This document shows, piece after piece, positions 1 to 8,306 of a DNA stretch of 39,743 bases. A program made the translations under genes and the position numbers. The DNA lies in IMG/VR virus record IMGVR_UViG_3300037424_000096, positions 1-39,743 of that record; one strand, given 5' to 3'. Position 1 is the stretch's first letter; each line of letters begins with the position of its first letter. The notes below the pieces were generated by a model. It did no database searches. It worked only from the letters and a program-made list of their open reading frames with translations, and was not told where the DNA came from. This stretch comes from a virus. Its lineage: Duplodnaviria; Caudoviricetes.

Positions 1-2
1 AC

Positions 3-644
3 AAAGTAGTGCGCAAACATCACGCCGCCAATTTCTACAGGTTCCAAGAACGGGTAAACTTCCCATCCGAACTTCTCGTAGTTAAGGTCACTCAAACTGA
101 TCGTGCCATCCAGTTTGCGGTCACTTTCGATAGCACGAGTAATGCGGTTTTCGTGATTACCGAGCGTCAAGACCATCCTCGGGTTCCAGTCAGAATTGCG
201 CTGAGCTTCGCGGATAGGCGCAAGGAACTTTCGCATTCCGTCGTTGGCAGCCTTAATGTCAGCCCTGTATGTTCGGCCTTCAAAACTCTTTTTGCCGATG
301 TCGTAGGAACTTAGGCTTTGCATGTCAGCGAAGTCTCCGATACAGACAATCACATCAGGCCGCTTTTCCGCCACGTACTTGCCTGCGGCAGCCAAGTGAG
401 AGGTGTCAACCCCCGGCTTAACCTGTGCATCCGGCATGACAAAAATCTTCAAGCCGGAGCTTTCGATAAGTTTTGGCGATGGCCGCGCAGCCGAAGGAGG
501 TTGCCCGTACCTGTGCAGCCTGTGCTGCATTGAACTACGCCCAATTCCGAGCAAGGTAGCGGCCTTGGTAATGTTGCCGTCACACTTCGCCAGCGCGTCG
601 TGAGTCTTAGCAATCTCTTCGAGTGTCAGGGGTGGGATAACCAT
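3..644 (-). CDS. Calcineurin-like metallophosphoesterase with N-terminal Fis-like HTH (3' end runs off the window)
   Basis: Absent from the ORF track; translated by hand from ATG at 644: MVIPPLTLEEIAKTHDALAKCDGNITKAATLLGIGRSSMQHRL (HTH), then IFVMPDAQVK, VCIGDFADM and LTLGNHENR (metallophosphoesterase motifs). Confidence 0.9.
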   Translation of the reverse strand, partial: MVIPPLTLEEIAKTHDALAKCDGNITKAATLLGIGRSSMQHRLHRYGQPPSAARPSPKLIESSGLKIFVMPDAQVKPGVDTSHLAAAGKYVAEKRPDVIVCIGDFADMQSLSSYDIGKKSFEGRTYRADIKAANDGMRKFLAPIREAQRNSDWNPRMVLTLGNHENRITRAIESDRKLDGTISLSDLNYEKFGWEVYPFLEPVEIGGVMFAHYF

Positions 645-935
645 TTAAACCTCCAAGTCTCCGATGCAGACATTCGCCGGAGTCCCGTTCTTAACAGACT
701 CACGGATGCACTGCTTTAGCTCGGTATAAGCGTCAAACCAGTAAAACTTTTCAGCAGACTGTTGGGAAATCTCCTGTGACTGCTGACTCAAATAGGATTG
801 CACTTGCATCCATTGTTCAGCGGTCAAGGTGACAGGCTCGCCTGCCTCTGCCGCGTATAAAGGGGTCACAAATGCCACGGCCAGAGCAAGGGCTGCGGAA
901 AGAGTGAACACGAATGACAATAAGCGTTTCATCAT
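645..935 (-). CDS. Hypothetical exported or membrane-anchored protein
   Basis: Basic N-terminus, hydrophobic stretch and possible signal-peptide cleavage site (LYA-AE); abuts or overlaps both neighbours. Confidence 0.7.
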   Translation of the reverse strand: MMKRLLSFVFTLSAALALAVAFVTPLYAAEAGEPVTLTAEQWMQVQSYLSQQSQEISQQSAEKFYWFDAYTELKQCIRESVKNGTPANVCIGDLEV

Positions 936-1144
936 GGCCTCTTCAAAGTAAAGTGTTGCACAGTTGTCAGGTCGTATCTTTTGGAAAAATCGAATGGATG
1001 CTTGCGGAAATCCTCAAGTGCCATCCTGTCGATTATTACGCCGGGCAGATACACAGACAACACCTTGTGCCCGTCACAGTATACAGTATGCTGAAAGCCG
1101 TCAAGCGATTCCCGGCACTCTATCAACAGTAAATTTGCCATCAC
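932..1144 (-). CDS. Hypothetical protein
   Basis: GAGGTG upstream of ATG; 4-nt overlap with the next gene; tiles the operon. Confidence 0.65.
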   Translation of the reverse strand: MMANLLLIECRESLDGFQHTVYCDGHKVLSVYLPGVIIDRMALEDFRKHPFDFSKRYDLTTVQHFTLKRP

Positions 1145-1150
1145 GTCACC

Positions 1151-1417
1151 TCAATAAAACAGTTTTTCGATTGTGTCAGCAAGGCATTCGAGTTCGGTTT
1201 TCTTCATCACTTGCCACATAAACTGCTGACCGTGAATCCCGTTTCTCGAATCCTGATGGCAGTCCTTGCACAGCGGTATAACACAGAAGTCGCTGCACCG
1301 CCTACCCGGAGTTCGCCCTTCGAGAATGTGGTGAGCATCCGAGGGGGCATGTGCGCCGCACACTGCGCACGGCAGGCACTTCACCCGCGTAATGTGCCAT
1401 CTTTCGGCCTTGGTCAT
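1151..1417 (-). CDS. Ref-like / DUF968-like HNH zinc nuclease
   Basis: LPCAVCG...DAHHI...VIPLCKDCH...GIHG, the Cys/His pattern of P1 Ref-type HNH nucleases. Confidence 0.8.
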   Translation of the reverse strand: MTKAERWHITRVKCLPCAVCGAHAPSDAHHILEGRTPGRRCSDFCVIPLCKDCHQDSRNGIHGQQFMWQVMKKTELECLADTIEKLFY

Positions 1418-1687
1418 TTAATCAGACTCGGGTTGAGGTTCGCCTGTAGCTACTGCGATACCACCGAGTTCCTTAGTCTGCCCCAAGTACAAGACCTGAG
1501 CATCCTTGCCTAGCCGTACTTGAAACTGCACGTTGTAGGCACGATTGAAAGCGTGTTGCTCGTCGGCAACCATCTTGGCTGCCGTGAATCCATTGAGAGT
1601 CGGGGAGAACAGCCCTACAATCTCTTCAGTTGGCAGAACGTAAGGCAACTCAGGCTGAGTCACTTTGTAAAGTTTGTACTGTGTCAT
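1418..1687 (-). CDS. Hypothetical protein
   Basis: AAGGAG RBS before ATG; tiles the operon. Confidence 0.65.
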   Translation of the reverse strand: MTQYKLYKVTQPELPYVLPTEEIVGLFSPTLNGFTAAKMVADEQHAFNRAYNVQFQVRLGKDAQVLYLGQTKELGGIAVATGEPQPESD

Positions 1688-1697
1688 GGCTAACTCC

Positions 1698-1910
1698 TTA
1701 ACGGCACTTCAATCCGAATGCAGGGGACGGAGCGGCCACGCCCCGGTCAATCCCGTAGTAGGTTCCAGCGGTAGTAATATCACCACTGAAGTCCAGCACG
1801 GTAGGCGGACACTCCAGCATGTACTGGCTATCGTATCTTTCGACTGGCAGCATGAAATATGCTCCGGCCAGCAGGCCGCATATCAAAACAAGTTTACAGT
1901 AGATGTTCAT
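1698..1910 (-). CDS. Small protein with N-terminal hydrophobic segment
   Basis: AAGGAG RBS; LVLICGLLAGAYFML hydrophobic helix. Confidence 0.6.
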   Translation of the reverse strand: MNIYCKLVLICGLLAGAYFMLPVERYDSQYMLECPPTVLDFSGDITTAGTYYGIDRGVAAPSPAFGLKCR

Positions 1911-1912
1911 TT

Positions 1913-2380
1913 TTAACTCCTTTGCACTCTGGCCTTGGCAGGCTGCTTTATCACAGCCACATCAACGCCCATGCCGCAATACACGTTGAACTTACACGCA
2001 ATCTCAACTGCGCGCACAACGCCTGCGCCTGCTTCCATCGCCCCTAATGCAAGGTCTGAGCCGCTTCCCCAAGCCATCGGGCACGTCTCGACTGCCATCG
2101 GTCTGCCTAGTTGCCCGAAGGTGAAAGCTCCTTTCGGGGTGAACAGCACAAACTCAGTAAGCAAGTCCTCGTTCATCTGAACCTCTACAGGCCAGTCGTC
2201 GGGCTTCGCCCCTGCGTTGTACCAGTCTACCAGTAGGTGGGACGTTTCCATGTTGCCAGCGAATCCCCCGATGTTACCGTTCTTCAGCCTGTGGAGTTTT
2301 GTCACAGTCATGGCTACGTCACCGCGAGTTCCTTGACGGTCTGCTGCAACCGTTTTTCCATCCCACACGATAACGCTCAT
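1913..2380 (-). CDS. HslV/proteasome-beta-like Ntn-hydrolase
   Basis: (M)SVIVW..VAAD, TKL, GFAG and AWGSGSDLALGAM match proteasome-beta/HslV motifs; N-terminal residue is Ser rather than Thr. Confidence 0.8.
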   Translation of the reverse strand: MSVIVWDGKTVAADRQGTRGDVAMTVTKLHRLKNGNIGGFAGNMETSHLLVDWYNAGAKPDDWPVEVQMNEDLLTEFVLFTPKGAFTFGQLGRPMAVETCPMAWGSGSDLALGAMEAGAGVVRAVEIACKFNVYCGMGVDVAVIKQPAKARVQRS

Positions 2381-2799
2381 GTCGTTCTCCTTTTTGATTT
2401 CGCTCCGACCATAGCACGTTTTCTCTTGGCCGTCAAGCTGCGCTGATATTTGCGGCGGCAGCTTTCAGAGATAAGGTACTTGGAAAAATACTGTACAGCG
2501 TATGCCTCAATCTCCACGCCGGGGGACTTTTCTCCTATCAATTCAAATGTGAATTGCATGACGTGAACCGCCTCGTGAACTAGAATCAAGTCAGCTTCAA
2601 AGGGGGACATTCCAGAACAGTCTCCGAGTGCCACAACAATTAGCGCACCGTCCTCGTCGTCAGGTACGTAATACGTCATTCCGCTGAACGGCTGAGGATA
2701 TACGCCTAGATTTAATCGTAAGGCATGTCTGTCAAACTCAGCCTCTTCGTCAATGTATATCACCTTGACAGGGAAGAACTCGCATCGTAGTGGCTTCAT
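2377..2799 (-). CDS. HExxH zincin-like metallopeptidase
   Basis: LILVHEAVH plus downstream EIEAY; start moved to ATG 2799 (GAGGTG RBS). Confidence 0.7.
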   Translation of the reverse strand: MKPLRCEFFPVKVIYIDEEAEFDRHALRLNLGVYPQPFSGMTYYVPDDEDGALIVVALGDCSGMSPFEADLILVHEAVHVMQFTFELIGEKSPGVEIEAYAVQYFSKYLISESCRRKYQRSLTAKRKRAMVGAKSKRRTT

Positions 2800-2807
2800 G
2801 TCACACC

Positions 2808-3191
2808 TCAAATCTCAATAGCATACCCGTCAAACTCAGGGCCATGTTTTACGAACAACTCTTCTGAAAAAGTTTTCCAACTGTGGAATCCTGCACGTTC
2901 GGCGAAAATCTCTTGTTCAGCGTGAGTTGCAGGGTATCCATCAACCCACAGCGGATGGTCGTCTGATGCAGATATCGCAATCGTGTAGATGGCACACACG
3001 CGGCACACATGCCTCGCGTAGCTGCGAGTTCCAGCATAACCGATTTCAACCAGTTCACCACACTCAGGTCTGGCCCTTCGTTCTGAACGGCAGCCCATAT
3101 CAACATCAGAATAGCCCCCGTCACGCAAGATTATCTTGCCGGGCTGTATCCGACTAAATTCAGCACGGCTAACTGTGATTGTGGAGGCCAT
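2808..3191 (-). CDS. ASCH/PUA-like domain protein
   Basis: C-terminal FAERAGFHSWKTFSEELFVKHGPEFDGYAIEI resembles phage ASCH-like proteins; ATG 3191 follows the upstream stop. Confidence 0.55.
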   Translation of the reverse strand: MASTITVSRAEFSRIQPGKIILRDGGYSDVDMGCRSERRARPECGELVEIGYAGTRSYARHVCRVCAIYTIAISASDDHPLWVDGYPATHAEQEIFAERAGFHSWKTFSEELFVKHGPEFDGYAIEI

Positions 3192-3192
3192 G

Positions 3193-3414
3193 TTACGCTT
3201 CCAGTTCGCGAAGCAGCACTTCGGCGCGGTCACCAATCTTGGCAAACCTTGATTGAAGCTGTGCCGCTTTGATTAAGTCCTTTTGCCACATGGCAGAGCG
3301 AATTGCCTGCTCGACCACACGCGCTTCGTCCAACAAGTCAGCTAAATTATTGCTCAGGGCCAGCCGGGTTGACTGCACGGTTTCCATTTCACGTAATCGT
3401 TCCAAGCGTTTCAT
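3193..3414 (-). CDS. Hypothetical helical protein
   Basis: GGAGG RBS before ATG 3414. Confidence 0.65.
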   Translation of the reverse strand: MKRLERLREMETVQSTRLALSNNLADLLDEARVVEQAIRSAMWQKDLIKAAQLQSRFAKIGDRAEVLLRELEA

Positions 3415-3447
3415 TTTAGGTTCCTCCAAAAACTAGGTTACTGGCAA

Positions 3448-4410
3448 CTAGACAGGCAGGTTAGATAAAAGTTCCGGGCTTGCAAAATCTAATCCAGTTC
3501 CCGGTGCAATCTTGACCTTAACGCGCCTGCCTTTCACAGCCATCTTGTGAGCAAGTCCATAAGCAGCGGCCTGACCTCCAAACTTTTCGTCGTTATCTCC
3601 CGCAACTACAATTTCCCTTACAATATCAGGAATTTCGATACAAGTCAATAGGGTTGAATTTAAGGCTGACCACGCTGGCATTCCGAAGTACAGGGAGGCG
3701 GCTAAGCAAGTCTCAATACCCTCCCCTACAACCAAGGGCAACAACCCGTCCAAAGGTGAGGTATTCAGGTGTATTGCGGCCCCGTTTAATGCCCCGTCAT
3801 ACATCGCGAGAACCCTTCGAGGGCTTGCGATAGGGGCCTTCTTGCCATCTTTCAGCAGGGTAAGGTGAACGCCCTTGAGTGCCTTGCCATTGGTCACACT
3901 GCACATCATGGCGTTGTACGTTAACTTTTCAGGGCCGCTAAAGTCAACATACTTTGCTTGACGAATCGAAGGGGGGATTATCAATTCCTGACCCTTGAAC
4001 TTTAATACGTGAGAGAGTCTGCTGGCAAGGTAGTTGTGAACGTCGCTCCCCGGCACGACTGCAATCGAAGAGTCAACCAACGAGGCAATCAGTTTAGAGT
4101 AATCGCGACTCTTTTTAGGCGCGTCGTAATCGCTCGACGGAAGGGCTTTTTCGACGACTTGCCACGCATCGGACTCGCTGATATGCAGGTAATTCGCAAT
4201 CAAAGTGATTCCACTTGACGACCTGCTGCACTGATTGCAGATATAAGAACCTGAGCCTGCTCGATTGGTGAACCTGAATCGGTCTGTTCCACCGTCACCA
4301 GTAAGTTCGCAGACAGGGCACTTGCAGTGCCTCCCTGTAAAATACTCTTCGCCTATGATGCCTGACAAAATAGATTTCCAGTGCCCGGTAGCAGCCTGTT
4401 TCATGTTCAT
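3448..4410 (-). CDS. DNA primase (P4-alpha-like Zn-binding domain + TOPRIM, no helicase domain)
   Basis: HCKCPVC...GGTDRFRF...YICNQC; GVHLTLL; VVGEGIET and VVAGDND TOPRIM motifs. Confidence 0.9.
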   Translation of the reverse strand: MNMKQAATGHWKSILSGIIGEEYFTGRHCKCPVCELTGDGGTDRFRFTNRAGSGSYICNQCSRSSSGITLIANYLHISESDAWQVVEKALPSSDYDAPKKSRDYSKLIASLVDSSIAVVPGSDVHNYLASRLSHVLKFKGQELIIPPSIRQAKYVDFSGPEKLTYNAMMCSVTNGKALKGVHLTLLKDGKKAPIASPRRVLAMYDGALNGAAIHLNTSPLDGLLPLVVGEGIETCLAASLYFGMPAWSALNSTLLTCIEIPDIVREIVVAGDNDEKFGGQAAAYGLAHKMAVKGRRVKVKIAPGTGLDFASPELLSNLPV

Positions 4411-5870
4411 TGCATGTCCCTTCGTTTTCCCATAGCATACTTCATTCGGTTGTGAGTGTCCATGTTCCTGACTTTATCACACGGTTCACACGGTTCATCA
4501 AGTAACCCTGAAGGGTATTGGTGCGTAATGTCGTGGTACAGGTGAGCAGCCCACCCGCGAGAACGATTGCGCTTTCCCGCCAGCCCTAAACAACCTGACC
4601 AGAATTCCTGCAACTCTTCGTCTGTAAACAAATACTTACGTTCAAGTTTCGTCAGCTTACCTTCGATTGGGTTGACTTTGTTCTGAGCCTGCATTTCAAA
4701 GTGGCACTTCGGACAAATGTGTTGCCCGGCAGGTATCAAAAAGTGGCAGCGAGGGCAAGGCTTGGGGCTAGGCAGAGGCTTGACAGACTTTTCACCCTGC
4801 TCACTAGGTGAACCGCCATCCAGTTCGAGAGGGAGTTCTGTAGTAGGATAGCCCAAATGGTGACTGGTAGTTGAGTGGTCAAGAATGAGGCCGTAAGCCT
4901 TGCCGGGGAAAGGTCTGAGGATACGCCCTGCCATCTGAATGTATCGTGTCAAACTCTTGGTGGGTCTTGCCAATATCATAACGCTTGCACGAGGCATGTC
5001 AACCCCTTCGGCAAGAACAGCTACACAGGACAGCACTAGCGTTTCGCCGCTCTCAAACCGAGCGAACATCGCGTCGCGATCATCCCCCTCAGTATAGGCA
5101 TCCATGTGTTCTGCCGGAATTCCACGGCGCAAGAACTCTTCGACAATATGTTTGCTATGAAGAATGTTGGTAGCGAACACGAATGTCGATTGCCCGTTCG
5201 CCAATTCCTGCCAGTGGCTCACAATGTTACCAAGTAGAGTGGGCTTGTCCACAACTTTGCCTAAGTGCTTTTCGCTGTAGTCGTAGCCATCCGTCGCCCT
5301 AACCAACGGCACGTCAGCTAGATCGGGGCCGGGAGGCGCGTAGATTTCGCAATCCACAAGATGCCCTTTCGCAATTAACTCGGGGATAGTTGCTGAAATA
5401 ATCAATCGGTCAAACACTGTACCTAAGCCCTTCGTAAAAGGGGTTGCTGTCAGGCCGATACACGGAGTGTTTTCGTAGTGCTTAATGAGCTTTCGATACG
5501 TAGGCGATGTCGCCCCGTGAGCTTCGTCAATGATAACCAAGTCGGCAGGCGGATAGCCTCTGCGCGCCAAAGTGTTGACGCTGCAAACAAGAATGTCGCG
5601 ATCTGTTCCCCAAGTATTATCGCCCTGTACAATACCGTGAACCAAGTCCCATACTTTACGCAAGTGAACGCTGGCCTGTTTGACAAGTGTGATTCGGTTT
5701 ACCACGAATACCACGCGCTTGCCCTTGCCGACAGCGAGTTCCATTATCTTCGCGGCGATCACAGTTTTACCGGAGCCAGTAGGCCCGTAGATAATTAATC
5801 GCCTGATGCCGCTGCGTAACGCATCCCGCGCATCCTCAACTGACTGAATCTGGAATGGACGGAGTTCCAT
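4407..5870 (-). CDS. SF2 DEAH-box helicase with C-terminal Zn finger
   Basis: GPTGSGKT, IIDEAH, GLTATP, LAEGVD, QMAGRILR; CPRC..CPKC. Confidence 0.95.
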   Translation of the reverse strand: MELRPFQIQSVEDARDALRSGIRRLIIYGPTGSGKTVIAAKIMELAVGKGKRVVFVVNRITLVKQASVHLRKVWDLVHGIVQGDNTWGTDRDILVCSVNTLARRGYPPADLVIIDEAHGATSPTYRKLIKHYENTPCIGLTATPFTKGLGTVFDRLIISATIPELIAKGHLVDCEIYAPPGPDLADVPLVRATDGYDYSEKHLGKVVDKPTLLGNIVSHWQELANGQSTFVFATNILHSKHIVEEFLRRGIPAEHMDAYTEGDDRDAMFARFESGETLVLSCVAVLAEGVDMPRASVMILARPTKSLTRYIQMAGRILRPFPGKAYGLILDHSTTSHHLGYPTTELPLELDGGSPSEQGEKSVKPLPSPKPCPRCHFLIPAGQHICPKCHFEMQAQNKVNPIEGKLTKLERKYLFTDEELQEFWSGCLGLAGKRNRSRGWAAHLYHDITHQYPSGLLDEPCEPCDKVRNMDTHNRMKYAMGKRRDMQ

Positions 5871-6130
5871 CAGGCTTGCAAATCTTCCAGCGCACGAGTC
5901 ACATTGTCCAGCGCGTCGAGCAGTTTATTCTGCTCGTCGTTGCTGTACTCAGCACCAGAAATGCCATACTTGACCACGCCGTCTCGAAGCTCGTCAATGT
6001 GTTCGGAAATCTCTGCCTTTGACTTAAACAGCCTGCGCTTATCAGAGCGTTCGTTATCCTCAGCCAAGTCTATTCTGGCAAGGTAAATCTCACGAATGAT
6101 TCCTTCCATTTTTTCAGGTGGGTAGGACAT
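5870..6130 (-). CDS. Hypothetical acidic helical protein
   Basis: GGAGGTGA RBS before ATG 6130; stop overlaps helicase start. Confidence 0.7.
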   Translation of the reverse strand: MSYPPEKMEGIIREIYLARIDLAEDNERSDKRRLFKSKAEISEHIDELRDGVVKYGISGAEYSNDEQNKLLDALDNVTRALEDLQA

Positions 6131-6132
6131 AA

Positions 6133-6354
6133 TCACCTCCAAGTTTCGTTCTCAACGGTCTGTCCGAATGCGACCAATTTAGTCGCCTTGCTGTTTCCGA
6201 GTAACTTAATCAAGTCACCTATAACGATTCCACGCGACGGCCCCGACAGTTTGAGTGTTTCAATCTGCTTGCCATCCTTAGTCACGACGACTGATGGTGA
6301 TAGATAATTTCCTATCACAGTAAACGTGAACGGTACACTTTTATGGTGTCGCAT
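6133..6354 (-). CDS. Hypothetical protein
   Basis: AAGGAG RBS before ATG. Confidence 0.65.
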   Translation of the reverse strand: MRHHKSVPFTFTVIGNYLSPSVVVTKDGKQIETLKLSGPSRGIVIGDLIKLLGNSKATKLVAFGQTVENETWR

Positions 6355-6500
6355 AACATTCTCCTTTGTAACAGTTCCACAGTGGCGTAATCGGTGTATC
6401 CAAACAGGTGAGTGACAATGCCAACGTCACGGTTGAAGATAGCGCGATGGCACAATCTTAACGCTTTCCTGACAACGTGCGACTCGCACTTGAATAACAC
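6315..6500 (-). CDS. Hypothetical protein, first CDS of the leftward operon
   Basis: AAAGGAGG sits 5 nt before GTG 6500, a better start than ATG 6533. Confidence 0.55.
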   Translation of the reverse strand: MLFKCESHVVRKALRLCHRAIFNRDVGIVTHLFGYTDYATVELLQRRMLCDTIKVYRSRLL

Positions 6501-6522
6501 CTGAGCCTCCTTTGTTGCGCGT

Positions 6523-6551
6523 GAGTGTCGCATATTCGAGGCAACTTGTCA
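6523..6551 (-). promoter_or_regulatory. Possible sigma70 promoter re-initiating the leftward operon
   Basis: TTGACA-17 nt-GACACT with extended -10 TG; the -10 is weak. Confidence 0.4.
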
Positions 6552-6556
6552 AGCAG

Positions 6557-6590
6557 ATAAAAAGCTGCCAGCACTGGTTAGGTACTGGCA
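6557..6590 (-). terminator. Probable intrinsic terminator after the tRNA
   Basis: Minus strand CTGCCAGTAC-CTAACCA-GTGCTGGCAG (10 bp, one G-U) followed by C and a short T run. Confidence 0.55.
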
Positions 6591-6676
6591 GTCAATTTGC
6601 ACATTGCCGTTCGGCTTTCTTCTCAAGCCTGTTTAGACTAGATCACTCTCCTTTCGGCTGTTGCAATTCTGTTGTC

Positions 6677-6751
6677 TGGTTGCGAGGGCAGGGATTGAAC
6701 CTGCGACCTTGGGGTTATGAGCCCCCTGCTCTACCGCTGAGCTACCTCGCT
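6677..6751 (-). tRNA. tRNA-fMet (initiator type, anticodon CAT), CCA encoded
   Basis: AGCGAGG TA GCTC AGCGGTA GAGC A GGGGG CTCATAA CCCCA AGGTC GCAGG TTCAATC CCTGC CCTCGCA ACCA: full cloverleaf, unpaired 1:72, GGG/CCC anticodon stem. Confidence 0.93.
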
Positions 6752-6763
6752 ATTCAAGTTTTC

Positions 6764-6792
6764 ATTTTAATCCAACTCGCTTTAAAAAGCAA
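6764..6792 (-). promoter_or_regulatory. sigma70 promoter for tRNA/leftward operon
   Basis: TTGCTT-17 nt-TAAAAT, ending 12 nt before the tRNA. Confidence 0.75.
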
Positions 6793-6827
6793 GCAGTATT
6801 TTGCACAGGACAGCACTGCGAGACTGC

Positions 6828-6856
6828 TTGACACGCCCCAGTTCTTCGAGTAGAAT
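6828..6856 (+). promoter_or_regulatory. sigma70 promoter for the rightward recombination/replication operon
   Basis: TTGACA-17 nt-TAGAAT; AAGGAG RBS and ATG 6900 follow. Confidence 0.85.
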
Positions 6857-6899
6857 CTGAGCCAAGTTTCATTTCCCTTTCGCGAAGGAGTATATAATC

Positions 6900-7661
6900 A
6901 TGGCAGAGCAACTGACAACAGAACAATTGGCATCACTCGCAAAACTGAGGGAACCTTTCCCTGACAATCTGGTGAGTTACAGGCCAGTGCAGACGTGCGG
7001 AAAAGAAGAGTACAAGGCTTTGCCGAAGGGAACGTGCAAAATCTGTGGAGGCTATCACGCCACAAGCAAGACTACTCACCTCTCCTATGTGGGCCACGCC
7101 GCGCTGACCAGTAGGCTCCTTGAGGTAGACCCCACATATCAGTGGGAACCATTCTCGCTTACCGAAGAGGGCTTGCCAAGGTTCGACGATTCAGGAGGAC
7201 TCTGGATTCGCCTGACCATTCACGGCATCACCCGTCCCGGCTACGGCCACGCAGTACAAAATCCGTATTCTGAAATTGGGTCACGCGAGAAAGAGGTTAT
7301 CGGTGACGCGCTTCGCAACGCGGCCATGAGGTTCGGTGCAGCACTGGAAATGTGGCACAAAGGCGACTTGCACGTGGAAGAGGGCGACGACGACGCACCG
7401 CCAGTAGAAACTCCCACTGTGGCTATGCCGAAATCGAAGAAAGCAAAGGCCGCTGAACCAGCCGCTCCTGTCGAAACGGCAGAGGCCGCTGAAATTGGTG
7501 AAATCAATTTTATCAAGGGCAAGTTTAAGGCACTCCGGCAAGTCACCCCGAGCGACGTTCTAGTAGAAGCTGGATGCGACTCCCTCAACCCTGACACACT
7601 GGAAGGTTTAACTAAAGCACAATTTGCGGTAATCAGGAACGTGCTGAAGGCATCCAAGTGA
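6900..7661 (+). CDS. Sak/Rad52-family single-strand annealing protein
   Basis: LSYVGHA...RLLEVDP, IRLTIHG..R.GYG, KEVIGDALRNAAMRFG; CKICGGYH insert; acidic/Ala-rich linker. Confidence 0.8.
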   Translation: MAEQLTTEQLASLAKLREPFPDNLVSYRPVQTCGKEEYKALPKGTCKICGGYHATSKTTHLSYVGHAALTSRLLEVDPTYQWEPFSLTEEGLPRFDDSGGLWIRLTIHGITRPGYGHAVQNPYSEIGSREKEVIGDALRNAAMRFGAALEMWHKGDLHVEEGDDDAPPVETPTVAMPKSKKAKAAEPAAPVETAEAAEIGEINFIKGKFKALRQVTPSDVLVEAGCDSLNPDTLEGLTKAQFAVIRNVLKASK

Positions 7662-8305
7662 GCGAGTTCGTGTTCGATGAAGTTGCGCACAAGTACTATC
7701 TCGACGGGGTAGAGTTACCGAGCGTGACAAGAATCCTAAAACCGCTGTATGACTTTTCAGCAATTGCCCCGGCAGTTCTGAAACATGCTGCGGATAGGGG
7801 GTCTGCTGTTCATAGAGCAATTGAACTCTGGATTGCTGACGATTTGGACGAATCCTCCCTGTGCGAAGAAATCAAACCGTACTTCGCCGGATTCAAGAAA
7901 TTCGTGTCGGAAAAACGTCCAGAGTTCGTCATGTCTGAACAAAAGCTGTACCACCCCGACATGATGTACGCTGGCACAATGGACATCATGCTTAAAATGC
8001 CCGGCCTGTACCTGATTGACGTAAAGAACACGGCAGCAGTGTCAGCGTCATGGGGAATCCAGCTACTCGCGTACCAAGAGGCTGCTATCGCTTGCCCTGA
8101 TATTGATTATGATAAAGTTGAGATAGGCAGAGCGCAGAGGGCCGTGCTGTGGTTAAAGAAAACCGGAACATACCAACTCGTACCGTTCCAGAAGCGTGAC
8201 TACGCCAACGACTTGCACCTGTTCACTGTTCTGCTCAACGCAGTTCACGCTGAAGCCACAAGCCAGAATGCCGTCGCTCAGTGGAAAAAATCGAAAGGAG
8301 AATAA
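7658..8305 (+). CDS. PD-(D/E)xK (RecB/lambda-exo-like) nuclease
   Basis: LPSVTRIL, RGSAVH, SEQKL, YAGTMD, LIDVK, QLLAY. Confidence 0.85.
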   Translation: MSEFVFDEVAHKYYLDGVELPSVTRILKPLYDFSAIAPAVLKHAADRGSAVHRAIELWIADDLDESSLCEEIKPYFAGFKKFVSEKRPEFVMSEQKLYHPDMMYAGTMDIMLKMPGLYLIDVKNTAAVSASWGIQLLAYQEAAIACPDIDYDKVEIGRAQRAVLWLKKTGTYQLVPFQKRDYANDLHLFTVLLNAVHAEATSQNAVAQWKKSKGE

Positions 8306-8306
8306 C

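Noticed and set aside
9-603. Plus-strand ORFs at the window start
   Set aside because: Antisense to the metallophosphoesterase.
645-935. Spanin call
   Set aside because: Far from the lysis genes, no partner lipoprotein, and looks like a cleavable signal peptide.
6600-6665. Two AGCCGAA motifs and an AAGGAG-GTG start downstream of the tRNA (possible boxB or small RNA)
   Set aside because: Stems only about 3 bp and the ORF stops after two codons; not supportable.
6512-6853. 113-aa plus-strand ORF
   Set aside because: Spans the antisense tRNA and promoters.
7658-8305. Cas4/CRISPR interpretation of the nuclease
   Set aside because: No four-Cys Fe-S pattern, no cas neighbours, no repeat-spacer array seen in the window.
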